A stretch of 64,000 nt of DNA from an uncultured Gammaproteobacteria bacterium (GTDB lineage: Bacteria > Patescibacteriota > Microgenomatia > JAMCZE01): assembly GCA_964576435.1 (NCBI GenBank), contig CAZNUP010000001.1:226345-290344 (forward strand), given 5' to 3'. This document shows positions 20,362 through 28,994 of the stretch, in pieces. The translations under genes were made by a program, and so were the position numbers. The notes under the pieces were generated by a model that saw only the letters and a program-made list of their open reading frames with translations, searched no databases and was not told the DNA's origin. Each line of letters begins with the position of its first letter. Position 1 is the first letter of the stretch.

Positions 20362-20742
20362 TTACCAAATTTCACAAATAACTTCGCCGCCTAAGCCCTT
20401 TTTCTTAGCTTCCTTAGCTGTCATTATTCCTGATGGTGTTGAAATAACTGCTGTCCCAAGTCCTCCCAAGACTCTTGGTAATTCATTTTTCCTAACGTAA
20501 ATTCTAAGGCTTGGTTTACTGACTCTTTTAACATCAGTCATAGCAGGAATCTTTTGATTATATTTAAGTTTTAGTGTCATCATGTTGCCATCAACCTGTT
20601 TCTCGCCAACATAGCCTTCTTTAATAAGGACGTCAGTAATTGTTTCTTTAAGCTTTGACCAAGGTAAAGCCACATCACTTCTACCGGCCATATAGCCATT
20701 TTTTATGCGAATGAGTAAATCTGATACTGGATCGTTTACCAT
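20362..20742 (-). CDS. rpsH: Ribosomal protein S8
   Basis: [17 protein letters not shown]. Confidence 0.9.
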   Translation of the reverse strand: MVNDPVSDLLIRIKNGYMAGRSDVALPWSKLKETITDVLIKEGYVGEKQVDGNMMTLKLKYNQKIPAMTDVKRVSKPSLRIYVRKNELPRVLGGLGTAVISTPSGIMTAKEAKKKGLGGEVICEIW

Positions 20743-20924
20743 GATGCTCTTACAACTCCTGGAAGTTCACCCTTATGGGCAAGTTCCCGGAAACAAAGTC
20801 TACATAACCCAAATTTCCTAATATATGCTCTGCTTCTACCACACAACTTACATCGATTCTTTTGGCGAACCGAAAATTTTGGTTCTGCGTTAGTTTTTAC
20901 AACTGATGCTTTTCTTGCCATATG
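20736..20924 (-). CDS. rpsN: Ribosomal protein S14, zinc-binding Z type (61 aa)
   Basis: [10 protein letters not shown]...[23 protein letters not shown]4 motif. Confidence 0.85.
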   Translation of the reverse strand, partial: HMARKASVVKTNAEPKFSVRQKNRCKLCGRSRAYIRKFGLCRLCFRELAHKGELPGVVRASW

Positions 20925-20925
20925 T

Positions 20926-21465
20926 TTAAACTTTTTCAAAAGGCATACCTAAACTTTTGAGAAGTGCCTTTCCTTCTTCGTCATTTTTTGCTGTTGTCGT
21001 TATGGTTATCTCTAAGCCCCGTATTTTATCAATTTTTGAATAATCTATCTCTGGGAAAACGATCTGTTCTTTAAATCCAAGAGAATAGTTTCCTCTGCCA
21101 TCAAAACTCTTTAATGGAACTCCTCTGAAATCTCGAACTCTAGGAAAAACGATTTTAATAAGTTTTTCCAAAAATTCATACATCCTTTTTCCTCTTAAAG
21201 TAACTGCAACTCCAATTGGCATTCCTTCTCTAAGTTTGAAGTTAGCAATTGATTTTGTAGAAATTCTTGTTGATGGTTTCTGTCCGGCTATTGCCCCAAC
21301 TTGATCTGAAACTGCGTCAATGACCTTTTTGTCAGAAACTGCTTCCTTAACTCCAACATTGATAATAATCTTAGAAAGTCTTGGAACTGCCATTACATTT
21401 TCGAATTTTAACTCGTCTTGTAATTTCTTTATAAGTTCTTGATTGTATGTGTCTTGTAAATTCAT
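20926..21465 (-). CDS. rplE: Ribosomal protein L5
   Basis: [14 protein letters not shown]; conserved position. Confidence 0.9.
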   Translation of the reverse strand: MNLQDTYNQELIKKLQDELKFENVMAVPRLSKIIINVGVKEAVSDKKVIDAVSDQVGAIAGQKPSTRISTKSIANFKLREGMPIGVAVTLRGKRMYEFLEKLIKIVFPRVRDFRGVPLKSFDGRGNYSLGFKEQIVFPEIDYSKIDKIRGLEITITTTAKNDEEGKALLKSLGMPFEKV

Positions 21466-21473
21466 ATTTTTAA

Positions 21474-21779
21474 CTAAATTTCTGCTTCACATTTTCTACA
21501 AATTCTAACTTTTCCATCTTTAACTATTTTGTAACCAATTCTTGTTTCTTTTTTGCATTTTGGACAAATTAAAGAAACGTTAGAAACTGAGAGTGGGCGG
21601 GGGAGTTCTTTAATTTCTCCCTTTTGACCCTCTGCTCTTGGTTTAAGGTGTCTTTTGTAAAGGTTGACTCCAAGAATAGTTACTTTGTTTTCTTTAAGCC
21701 AAACTTTCTCAACAGAACCTTCCTTACCTTTATCTTTTCCTGCTGTTATTTTTACTTTGTCGCCTTTTTTAAGTTTCAT
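21474..21779 (-). CDS. rplX: Ribosomal protein L24 with C-terminal C4 zinc-ribbon extension
   Basis: KOW region [23 protein letters not shown]. Tail [26 protein letters not shown]. Confidence 0.85.
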   Translation of the reverse strand: MKLKKGDKVKITAGKDKGKEGSVEKVWLKENKVTILGVNLYKRHLKPRAEGQKGEIKELPRPLSVSNVSLICPKCKKETRIGYKIVKDGKVRICRKCEAEI

Positions 21780-21789
21780 ATATTTGTTT

Positions 21790-22164
21790 TTAGATAACTT
21801 CTCCTGCCATTGATACTATTTTGTTAAATCCTTTGTCTTTAAGTTCTCTTGCTACTGGTCCAAAAACTCTAGATCCAATTGGATCTTTGTTCTCTAAATT
21901 AGTAATAACTACTCCTGCATTGTCATCGAATCTAATATAACTTCCGTCTTTTCTCTTTGATTCCTTGTGTGCTCTAACTAAAACTACATATACCATTTCA
22001 GAATCTTTAACCATTCCGTTTGGATCTGCTCCATCAACGACGCATCTGACAATGTCTCCAAGATATGACATCTTTCTTGTAGATCCAACATACAAGTGAA
22101 TGACCCTGAGCTTATGAGCTCCCGTATTGTCAGCAACTTTTAAAACTGTTTTTCTTTGAATCAT
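21790..22164 (-). CDS. rplN: Ribosomal protein L14
   Basis: MIQRKTVLKVADNTGA. Confidence 0.9.
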   Translation of the reverse strand: MIQRKTVLKVADNTGAHKLRVIHLYVGSTRKMSYLGDIVRCVVDGADPNGMVKDSEMVYVVLVRAHKESKRKDGSYIRFDDNAGVVITNLENKDPIGSRVFGPVARELKDKGFNKIVSMAGEVI

Positions 22165-22167
22165 TTT

Positions 22168-22395
22168 TTAGATTTTCTTATTTACTTTAAAATGTTTACT
22201 TTTGCTATATGGTTTTGTTTTGATAAGTTCGACTTGATCGCCTTCTTTTATTTCAGGTAATTCGTTGTGAGCCATAATCTTGGTAAGCTTCTTAAGCACT
22301 TTCTTATATTTTGGGTGCTTTTGAAAATATACAATCTCTACAACTACTGTGTCTTTTGTTTTAGCGCTAATAACTGTTCCTTCAAAAATCTGCAT
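22168..22395 (-). CDS. rpsQ: Ribosomal protein S17
   Basis: FEGTVISAKTKDTVVVEI. Confidence 0.9.
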   Translation of the reverse strand: MQIFEGTVISAKTKDTVVVEIVYFQKHPKYKKVLKKLTKIMAHNELPEIKEGDQVELIKTKPYSKSKHFKVNKKI

Positions 22396-22397
22396 AC

Positions 22398-22562
22398 TTA
22401 TTTTTTAATATTTAACTCCGTCAATTTTCTAGCTAATTGTTTTTTCAAATTCTTTGCCATATTTGTGTTTTTAGCTCTCCTTGTTGATATTTCCATCTCT
22501 GCCTTTGCAATTTGCATTCTGAGCTCGTCAACATTTGTGTTATTTGAATCTTTCTTTTTCAT
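22398..22562 (-). CDS. rpmC: Ribosomal protein L29 (54 aa; below the ORF-track cutoff)
   Basis: Translated by hand: MKKKDSNNTNVDELRMQIAKAEMEISTRRAKNTNMAKNLKKQLARKLTELNIKK. ATG overlaps the rplP stop (TAATG). Its own stop is 3 nt before the rpsQ ATG. Confidence 0.8.
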   Translation of the reverse strand: MKKKDSNNTNVDELRMQIAKAEMEISTRRAKNTNMAKNLKKQLARKLTELNIKK

Positions 22563-22981
22563 TATTGTTCTTTTGAAATAAATCTAGTTTTTACTGATAA
22601 TTTGTGTCCAGCTCTTCTAATTGCTTCTTGGGCTTGATCTTTTGCAAGTCCACCCATTTCAAAAAGAATAAGTCCTGGTTTAACAATTGCTACGTATTCA
22701 TTAATTTCTCCTTTTCCGCCTCCTCCGCGGTGATCGAGTGGTTGCTTAGAGACTGGCTTGTCAGGAAATATTCTAATCCAAACTCTGCCACCCTTGGCTG
22801 TAAAATGTGTCAATGTTTTTCTTGCTGATTCAATTTGTTTTGAACTAACTCTTCCTCGCGTTTCAGCTAAAATTCCAAATTCTCCGAATGAAAGTGATGA
22901 TCCTCTTTGTGCAAGCCCAGGCATCTGTCCTTTAAACATTTTCCTGTGCTTCATTCTCTTTGGTTGTAAAACTGCTGGCAT
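22562..22981 (-). CDS. rplP: Ribosomal protein L16
   Basis: MPAVLQPKRMKHRK...; start at the internal Met directly after the rpsC stop. Confidence 0.85.
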   Translation of the reverse strand: MPAVLQPKRMKHRKMFKGQMPGLAQRGSSLSFGEFGILAETRGRVSSKQIESARKTLTHFTAKGGRVWIRIFPDKPVSKQPLDHRGGGGKGEINEYVAIVKPGLILFEMGGLAKDQAQEAIRRAGHKLSVKTRFISKEQ

Positions 22982-22983
22982 GT

Positions 22984-23676
22984 TTATTTGATACTGCTTT
23001 CTATAACTTTGTCGTTTGTTTCTTTCTTTGGTTCCGGTAAGCAAATCCAAACTTTGACTCCAATGTATCCTGATCTTGTGTAAGCAGGAACTGCTGCAAA
23101 GTCAATTCTTTCTTTAACACTTGAGAGGGGAATAATCCCTTGTTGGCTATGTTCAACTCGAGCAATTTCTGCTCCGTTAATTCTTCCTCCAAGCCTGATT
23201 CGAACTCCTCTTGCCCCAGACGTCATTACTTTTTCAATTGATTGCTTAACAACTCTCTTAGATGGCAATCTCTTTGCAAGTTGATCAGCAATTGATGTAG
23301 CAACTAAGTATGCGTCTAGGTTTGGTTCCTTAACTGGTTCTACTTTAAGATCAACTTTAGGTGCATTTTTATCGTTTTCTTTAATTTTTAATAGATTTTC
23401 AACAATATATTTCTTCAAATCGTCTGATCCAGATCCACCTCTGCCAATTACAACACCTGGTCTAGAAACATAAGCAATAATTGTAATTCTATTAATTGAT
23501 CTTTCAATTTCTACTCTAGCAACCCCCGCTGGTTTAAGCTTGAGCATCAGTGCTTTTCTAAGCTTTGCATCTTCAAGAACAAGTGTGCTGTACATTTTTG
23601 GTGATGCAAACCACCTAGATGTCCAGGTATAAACTGGTCCGAGTCTAAATGCTATTGGATGAATCTTATTTCCCAT
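22984..23676 (-). CDS. rpsC: Ribosomal protein S3
   Basis: MGNKIHPIAFRLG and KH domain motifs. Confidence 0.9.
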   Translation of the reverse strand: MGNKIHPIAFRLGPVYTWTSRWFASPKMYSTLVLEDAKLRKALMLKLKPAGVARVEIERSINRITIIAYVSRPGVVIGRGGSGSDDLKKYIVENLLKIKENDKNAPKVDLKVEPVKEPNLDAYLVATSIADQLAKRLPSKRVVKQSIEKVMTSGARGVRIRLGGRINGAEIARVEHSQQGIIPLSSVKERIDFAAVPAYTRSGYIGVKVWICLPEPKKETNDKVIESSIK

Positions 23677-23682
23677 ATCTTT

Positions 23683-24006
23683 TTAGCCTTCTAAAACTAC
23701 TGTTATATTACTTGTCTTCTTTTGAATGACGCCTCCACCATATCTTGCGCCGTGACTCTTGTCTCTTCTCTTCATCTTTATTCCTTCATCAATAATTATG
23801 TTTTTAATTTTTAATTTACTTTCTTCCATTTTTGAATTTGCAACAGCTGATTTCAGTGTTTTCAAAATTTCAGCTGCACCATTTTTTGTCGAAAAAGCTA
23901 ATTTTTCTAAAGCTTCAACAACTGATAATTTTTTGGTACTAGTTGCAACTTCCCTAAGTTTCCTTGGGCTAATTCTGACTGATTTTGATTTTGCAACTGC
24001 TTCCAT
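23683..24006 (-). CDS. rplV: Ribosomal protein L22
   Basis: AKSKSVRISPRKLREV. Confidence 0.9.
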   Translation of the reverse strand: MEAVAKSKSVRISPRKLREVATSTKKLSVVEALEKLAFSTKNGAAEILKTLKSAVANSKMEESKLKIKNIIIDEGIKMKRRDKSHGARYGGGVIQKKTSNITVVLEG

Positions 24007-24012
24007 AAATTT

Positions 24013-24297
24013 TTAAGTTTTACTAACAATTCGAGCAACAATTTTTCCGTGTCCTCTAAATGTTCTAGACGGTGCAAATTCTCCAAGTCTGTGTCCAACC
24101 ATTGCTTCAGTGATGAAAACTGGAATATGTACGCGTCCGTTATGAATACCAAGTGTTACTCCCACAAATTCTGGTGCTATTTGCGAATCCCTCGCCCATG
24201 TTTTAATAGGGGACTTTTCGCCAGTATTTTTAGCTACCTGAATTTTCTTCAGTAATTTGGCATCTACATATGGTCCTTTTTTACTTGATCTAGCCAT
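24013..24297 (-). CDS. rpsS: Ribosomal protein S19
   Basis: [12 protein letters not shown]. Confidence 0.9.
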   Translation of the reverse strand: MARSSKKGPYVDAKLLKKIQVAKNTGEKSPIKTWARDSQIAPEFVGVTLGIHNGRVHIPVFITEAMVGHRLGEFAPSRTFRGHGKIVARIVSKT

Positions 24298-25121
24298 TAT
24301 TTCCTTCTTTCCAAAATATATTTATCACTATGTTTTCCTTTTTTCCTTGTTCTAAGACCACGAGCTGGTTTACCCCATGGTGTCTTTGGTTGTTTAAGTC
24401 CTTCGCCACTTCTACCTTCTCCGCCTCCATGTGGATGGGATCTTGGGTTCATTGCTGTTCCTCGAACTGTTGGTCTAATTCCCTTGTGTCTATTTCTTCC
24501 CGCTTTTCCAATAACAACATTCTTCCATTCAATATTTCCAAGTGATCCGACAGTTGCTAAGTTCTCTTTACTGACAAGTCTTTGTTCACCAGATGGGAGT
24601 TTAATTGTAACATAATCTCCCTCTTTAGAAAGTATAGTGGCGCCATTTCCAGCTCCCCTAACAAGCACTCCACCTTGGCCTTTAGAAAGTTCAATATTGT
24701 GAATTACAGTTCCAATAGGCATGCGGGCTAGGGTAGTGGCATTGCCGAGTTTCACTTCTGCATTAAGTCCTGACATTACTGTGTCTCCGACCTTGAGTCC
24801 TTCTGGATGTAAAATATATCTCTTAGATCCGTCAGGATAATTTATTAAAGCAATATTTGCAGTTCTATTTGGATCGTATTCCACTGAAACAACAATCCCT
24901 TGAATGTCGAATTTGTCTCTCTTGAAGTCAATTTGTCTGTAATATCTCTTTTGTCTTCCACCTTGGTGACGAACAGAAACATGTCCAAAAGCATCTCGTC
25001 CTGAATTCTTTGGCAAGATTTCTGTCAAAGACTTTTCTGGTTCAGATGTGGTTATAGTGGCCTTGAAATCAAGTCCAGTCAAAAATCTTCTACTGAGTGA
25101 ATTTCTATATGTTTTAAGCAT
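24297..25121 (-). CDS. rplB: Ribosomal protein L2
   Basis: [29 protein letters not shown]. Confidence 0.9.
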   Translation of the reverse strand: MLKTYRNSLSRRFLTGLDFKATITTSEPEKSLTEILPKNSGRDAFGHVSVRHQGGRQKRYYRQIDFKRDKFDIQGIVVSVEYDPNRTANIALINYPDGSKRYILHPEGLKVGDTVMSGLNAEVKLGNATTLARMPIGTVIHNIELSKGQGGVLVRGAGNGATILSKEGDYVTIKLPSGEQRLVSKENLATVGSLGNIEWKNVVIGKAGRNRHKGIRPTVRGTAMNPRSHPHGGGEGRSGEGLKQPKTPWGKPARGLRTRKKGKHSDKYILERRK

Positions 25122-25416
25122 TTGGTTTTTGATCAGCTATATCAAATAAATCTATTTTTTCTCCAGCTTTAAGTTTGACAACTGCTTTTTTCCAATCACT
25201 TTGTGTAACTAATTTTCTTGATCTAGCAGATCTTTTAGTTTTTCCTTTAACATTCATAGTTTGAACTGAAACAGGATTAACTTTGAAAGATTCTTTTACT
25301 GCCTGCATAACCTCGGCTTTATTTGCTGATTTCAAAACTTGAAAAGCAAATTTGCCAATAGCAGCTTCGTTCATTGATTTTTCAGTAATGATTGGTCTAA
25401 TTAAGATTGTGTTCAT
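25114..25416 (-). CDS. rplW: Ribosomal protein L23
   Basis: ILIRPIITEKS. Confidence 0.9.
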   Translation of the reverse strand: MNTILIRPIITEKSMNEAAIGKFAFQVLKSANKAEVMQAVKESFKVNPVSVQTMNVKGKTKRSARSRKLVTQSDWKKAVVKLKAGEKIDLFDIADQKPNA

Positions 25417-26105
25417 TTTGTTTTCTTAGCTGCTGCTTTTTTAACAACTGGTTTTTTTGTAACTTCTTTTTTAACTTTTGATTCTTGAACTGTCTTAGCT
25501 TCCTTTACTTCAACTTTTTCTTCTTTAACTACTTTTGTTTCTTTCATTTCCAAGGCTTCTTCCATGATAATTATTTTGTCAGCTCTCAAAATTTCGTACA
25601 CATTAACTTGGTTCATTGGTAAGACTTCAACTCCTTGAATATTTCTAGCTGCTCGGTAAACATTTTCTCTATACATGTCAGTAACAATTAATGGTTTCTT
25701 TGTTGTAATAAATTCAGCAATATCTTTTGTCTTCCCAGAAAGTTTAGCCATATCTGAAAAGACAACAACTTCACCAGCTCTATTCTTAGATGAAAATGCA
25801 CTCGCTACTGCTTGTTTTCTCATTTTGTCAGAGAGGGTTAGTGAGTGATCTCTTGGTTTTGGTGCAAATGCAATACCTCCACCAACAAAGATTGGGGCTT
25901 TTCTATCTCCATGTCGAGCATTGCCTGATCCCTTTTGTTTTTGATACTTCTTTCGTGTTTTTGCAACTTCTGCTCTTGTCAAAGCACTTTGTGTTCCTTG
26001 TCTTTGATTTGCAAGATAAACTCGAACTGCTTGTGCCACAAGTTGTGGGTTTTCAGTTGTGTTAAACATTTCTTTAGGTAGTGTTGGTTTGTCTACTAAT
26101 TTCAT
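25413..26105 (-). CDS. rplD: Ribosomal protein L4 with Lys-rich C-terminal extension
   Basis: L4 core plus about 50-aa KKEVTKKPVVKKAAAKK tail. Confidence 0.9.
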   Translation of the reverse strand: MKLVDKPTLPKEMFNTTENPQLVAQAVRVYLANQRQGTQSALTRAEVAKTRKKYQKQKGSGNARHGDRKAPIFVGGGIAFAPKPRDHSLTLSDKMRKQAVASAFSSKNRAGEVVVFSDMAKLSGKTKDIAEFITTKKPLIVTDMYRENVYRAARNIQGVEVLPMNQVNVYEILRADKIIIMEEALEMKETKVVKEEKVEVKEAKTVQESKVKKEVTKKPVVKKAAAKKTK

Positions 26106-26680
26106 ATTTTTGTAATTGTCAAAAGTCCTCCATTATTTCCAGGAACTAAACCTCTAACTAAAATCAAATTTTCTTCAGGTAATATTTTGAAAACTTCCAA
26201 ATTTCGAACTGTTGCTATTCCTGTTCCCATGTGTCCTGCCATTTTCTTTCCTTTAAAAACTCTTCCCGGTGTAGTTGTTGATCCAATTGATCCAGGATGT
26301 CTTGGTCTAACTGATTGTCCATGAGTTGCTGGTCCACCATGAAATCCGTGTCTCTTCATGACACCAGCAAAACCCTTACCAATGGTTGTTCCAGAAACTT
26401 TGATTTTATCTCCAGGATTAAAAACGTCGGCAATTGCTATTTTTGTGCCGAATTCTTTTGGTTCTTCGCTTGGTGATTTTTTGATGTATTTTGGAGTAAT
26501 TTGGAGATCTTTAAGTTGTCCTTTGAGAGCTTTAGAAGGGTGTTTTTTAGATCCGAATACAACTTGATTATTAGTTATTACAGTCATTGGTTCAACAAAA
26601 ACAAACGTGACAGGAATTCGCATTCCTTGTGCGTCATAGTCTTGTCCTTGTTTTTGTTTGATTCCGTAAAACTTGTTCAT
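26102..26680 (-). CDS. rplC: Ribosomal protein L3
   Basis: GKGFAGVMKRHGFHGGPATHG. ATG chosen at 26680; the ORF-track start at 26689 is a TTG lying inside the U-tract. Confidence 0.9.
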   Translation of the reverse strand: MNKFYGIKQKQGQDYDAQGMRIPVTFVFVEPMTVITNNQVVFGSKKHPSKALKGQLKDLQITPKYIKKSPSEEPKEFGTKIAIADVFNPGDKIKVSGTTIGKGFAGVMKRHGFHGGPATHGQSVRPRHPGSIGSTTTPGRVFKGKKMAGHMGTGIATVRNLEVFKILPEENLILVRGLVPGNNGGLLTITKI

Positions 26681-26856
26681 AGACAACAAAAAAGTCCCGG
26701 AACGGGACTCAATTTAATGAGTTTTCCCTACTTCCGACTAACAATTGTTAGTGAGTTTAGGTCTCAGTAACATTAGGCTCTATTTTACAATAGAAATGAG
26801 GAAAAATCAACTGAAGTGGTGGTTCTCACTAGGAAACGCCTCACCTGCTCACAAAG
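26681..26856 (-). promoter_or_regulatory. rplC leader: sigma70-like promoter, 16-bp perfect palindrome, antiterminator/terminator switch abutting the rplC AUG
   Basis: Minus strand has TTGATT-N17-TAAAAT (plus 26805-26810 and 26782-26787). Palindrome ACTAACAATTGTTAGT at 26737-26752. GGGA...CUCA...UGAGUCCC helix is alternative to the AGUCCCG-GAA-CGGGACU (26693-26709) hairpin followed by UUUUUUGUUGUCU-AUG. Confidence 0.5.
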
Positions 26857-27297
26857 CTATCTCAGATTAGGTAGAAACTCAGGATCTTTTACATCTCTTT
26901 TTATGGTTTGAGAATGTGCAACAACTTCAGCTAGTGTAATTTTTGGGTCGTTTACAATAAGTTGAACCGCATAGACTTGGCCCGCACCAACATCTTCGTG
27001 TGTTTTTATTTCAACTCCAAGCTTTCGTAGGCCATCTTTTTGGTCATGAAGTCTAAGTGCGGGTGTAGAAGATATATATTTTTTAGTAATCTCGTTTGCG
27101 CGATTTAGCTGGTCTACTAGATAACTGCCTTTAATTTGTAGGGCCTCGTCCCATTTTTTTGATTGCCTATCGCTCTCAGCTGCAATATGTTCTTGGAATG
27201 TTTGACGAGGGTTATATTTATCTTTTTCAAGTTCAGATTCAACTTGCGGAATATCGTGGGTTATTCTGTCAATTTCACTTATCGAAGTCTCGGGCAT
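26857..27297 (-). CDS. Hypothetical protein (147 aa) inserted between rpsJ and rplC; no recognisable domain
   Basis: Clean ORF in its own frame, starting at internal Met MPETSISEID...; non-repetitive K/E-rich sequence. The ORF-track start at 27405 overlaps the rpsJ 3' end in another frame. Confidence 0.5.
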   Translation of the reverse strand: MPETSISEIDRITHDIPQVESELEKDKYNPRQTFQEHIAAESDRQSKKWDEALQIKGSYLVDQLNRANEITKKYISSTPALRLHDQKDGLRKLGVEIKTHEDVGAGQVYAVQLIVNDPKITLAEVVAHSQTIKRDVKDPEFLPNLR

Positions 27298-27316
27298 ACT
27301 AAAAATATACAATAAA

Positions 27317-27625
27317 CTACATCTTAATCTCAATATCCACACCCGCTGGGAGTTCAAGGTGCATGAGTGAATCAATTGTTTTGTCTGTAGGTTCAAGGAT
27401 ATCAATTAGTCTTTTGTGAACTTTAAGGTAAAAATGTTCTTGGGAATTTTTATCAGTGAAAGGGGATTGGTCAACTGTTATAAGTGAAGTGTCTGTTGGT
27501 AAGGGGACTGGACCCACAACTGAAGCACCAGTCCTAATGGCGGCGTCAAGAATAATTTGACAGGTCGAATCAAGGACGCGACCGTCATAAGCTTTTAAAC
27601 GTACTCGAATTCTGCCTTTTGGCAT
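27317..27625 (-). CDS. rpsJ: Ribosomal protein S10
   Basis: IRVRLKAYDGRVLD...; GGGAGGG SD upstream. Confidence 0.9.
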   Translation of the reverse strand: MPKGRIRVRLKAYDGRVLDSTCQIILDAAIRTGASVVGPVPLPTDTSLITVDQSPFTDKNSQEHFYLKVHKRLIDILEPTDKTIDSLMHLELPAGVDIEIKM

Positions 27626-27657
27626 TGGTCATTAATGACCCTCCCAAGTGGTCAAAG

Positions 27658-27688
27658 TGCAAAAGAAAAAGGCCGTTTGGCCCTTTTC
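27658..27688 (-). terminator. Intrinsic terminator/attenuator downstream of tuf (AAAAGGGCC-AAAC-GGCCUUUUU-CUUUUG on minus strand)
   Basis: GGCC/GGCC stem extended by A-U pairs, then a U-rich tract. Located between the tuf stop and the rpsJ start. Confidence 0.45.
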
Positions 27689-27708
27689 TCCTTAAGTTTT
27701 ATCTAACC

Positions 27709-28896
27709 TTAAGCTGTAATCTTAGAGACAACTCCTGCTCCAACTGTGTGTCCACCTTCTCGGACTGCGAATCGCATTCCTTCTTCGAGGGCCACTGGTT
27801 GAATGAGTTTAACTTTCATTTTTGCATTATCTCCAGGCATCACCATTTCGACGCCTTCTTGTAGTGTGACTTCACCAGTTACATCAGTCGTTCTGATATA
27901 AAACTGTGGTCTGTATCCACTAAAGAATGGAGTATGTCGTCCGCCTTCTTCTTTTGAAAGAATGTAAACTTCTGCTTCAAACTCAGTGTGTGGAGTAATA
28001 GATCCTGGCTTAGCCAAAACCTGTCCTCTTTCCACTTGGTCTTTTTCAACTCCTCGGAGTAAAAGTCCAACGTTATCTCCAGCTTGACCTTCATCAAGTT
28101 GTTTTCTGAACATTTCAACTCCGGTGACGACTGTCTTTTGAGTTGGTTTAAGCCCAACGATTTCAAGTTCTTCGTTGACCTTAACAACACCGCGCTCAAT
28201 TTTTCCAGTAACCACTGTTCCTCGACCTTTGATCGAGAAAACGTCTTCAACTGGCATAAGCATTGGCTTATCAAGTTCTCGAACTGGTGTTGGAACGTAT
28301 TCGTCAACAGCGTTCATAAGCTCCATGATTTTCTCTTCCATGGCGGCATCGCCTTCAAGAGCTTTAAGAGCTGAACCTTTGATAACTGGTGCTTTATCAC
28401 CATCGAATCCGTATTTAGTCAAAAGTTCTCGAACTTCGACTTCAACGAGATCCAAAAGTTCTGGATCAGATACCATGTCAACTTTATTAAGGAAGACAAC
28501 GATAGCTGGTACGTTAACTTGTTTGGCTAAGAGAAGATGTTCTCTTGTTTGTGCCATTGGACCATCAGCAGCGGACACGACCAAAATGGCTCCGTCAACT
28601 TGAGCGGCCCCAGTAATCATGTTCTTGATATAGTCAGCGTGACCTGGCATATCAATGTGTGCATAATGTCTTTTTTCTGTTTCGTACTCGACGTGAGTAA
28701 TGTTAATGGTGACTCCTCGAGCTTTTTCTTCTGGGGAGTTATCAATTTGATCATAAGCTCTAGCTTGGGCTAAACCCTTCTTTGCTAAAACTGTTGTAAT
28801 TGCGGAAGTTAATGTAGTCTTTCCATGGTCAACGTGACCCATGGTCCCAATATTAACGTGGGGCTTGTTTCGTGTGAATTTTGCTGCATCTGCCAT
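27709..28896 (-). CDS. tuf: Elongation factor Tu
   Basis: [23 protein letters not shown] motifs; 395 aa. Confidence 0.95.
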   Translation of the reverse strand: MADAAKFTRNKPHVNIGTMGHVDHGKTTLTSAITTVLAKKGLAQARAYDQIDNSPEEKARGVTINITHVEYETEKRHYAHIDMPGHADYIKNMITGAAQVDGAILVVSAADGPMAQTREHLLLAKQVNVPAIVVFLNKVDMVSDPELLDLVEVEVRELLTKYGFDGDKAPVIKGSALKALEGDAAMEEKIMELMNAVDEYVPTPVRELDKPMLMPVEDVFSIKGRGTVVTGKIERGVVKVNEELEIVGLKPTQKTVVTGVEMFRKQLDEGQAGDNVGLLLRGVEKDQVERGQVLAKPGSITPHTEFEAEVYILSKEEGGRHTPFFSGYRPQFYIRTTDVTGEVTLQEGVEMVMPGDNAKMKVKLIQPVALEEGMRFAVREGGHTVGAGVVSKITA

Positions 28897-28994
28897 ATGT
28901 TTTAAAAATTAAAATTTAGACAATAATTAACTACCTTTTGTCAAGGTTACTCAATTATAAAGTAGGCTTGAGCTTGTTGCAAGGGGTAATTTTA

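Noticed and set aside
26857-27405. Long form of the inserted ORF starting at 27405
   Set aside because: Its first 36 codons overlap the rpsJ 3' end in another frame. The internal Met at 27297 gives a non-overlapping gene.
28897-28994. Sigma70 promoter for tuf (TTGACA present)
   Set aside because: A perfect -35 hexamer exists on the minus strand, but no convincing -10 lies at 16-18 nt spacing. It is left uncalled.
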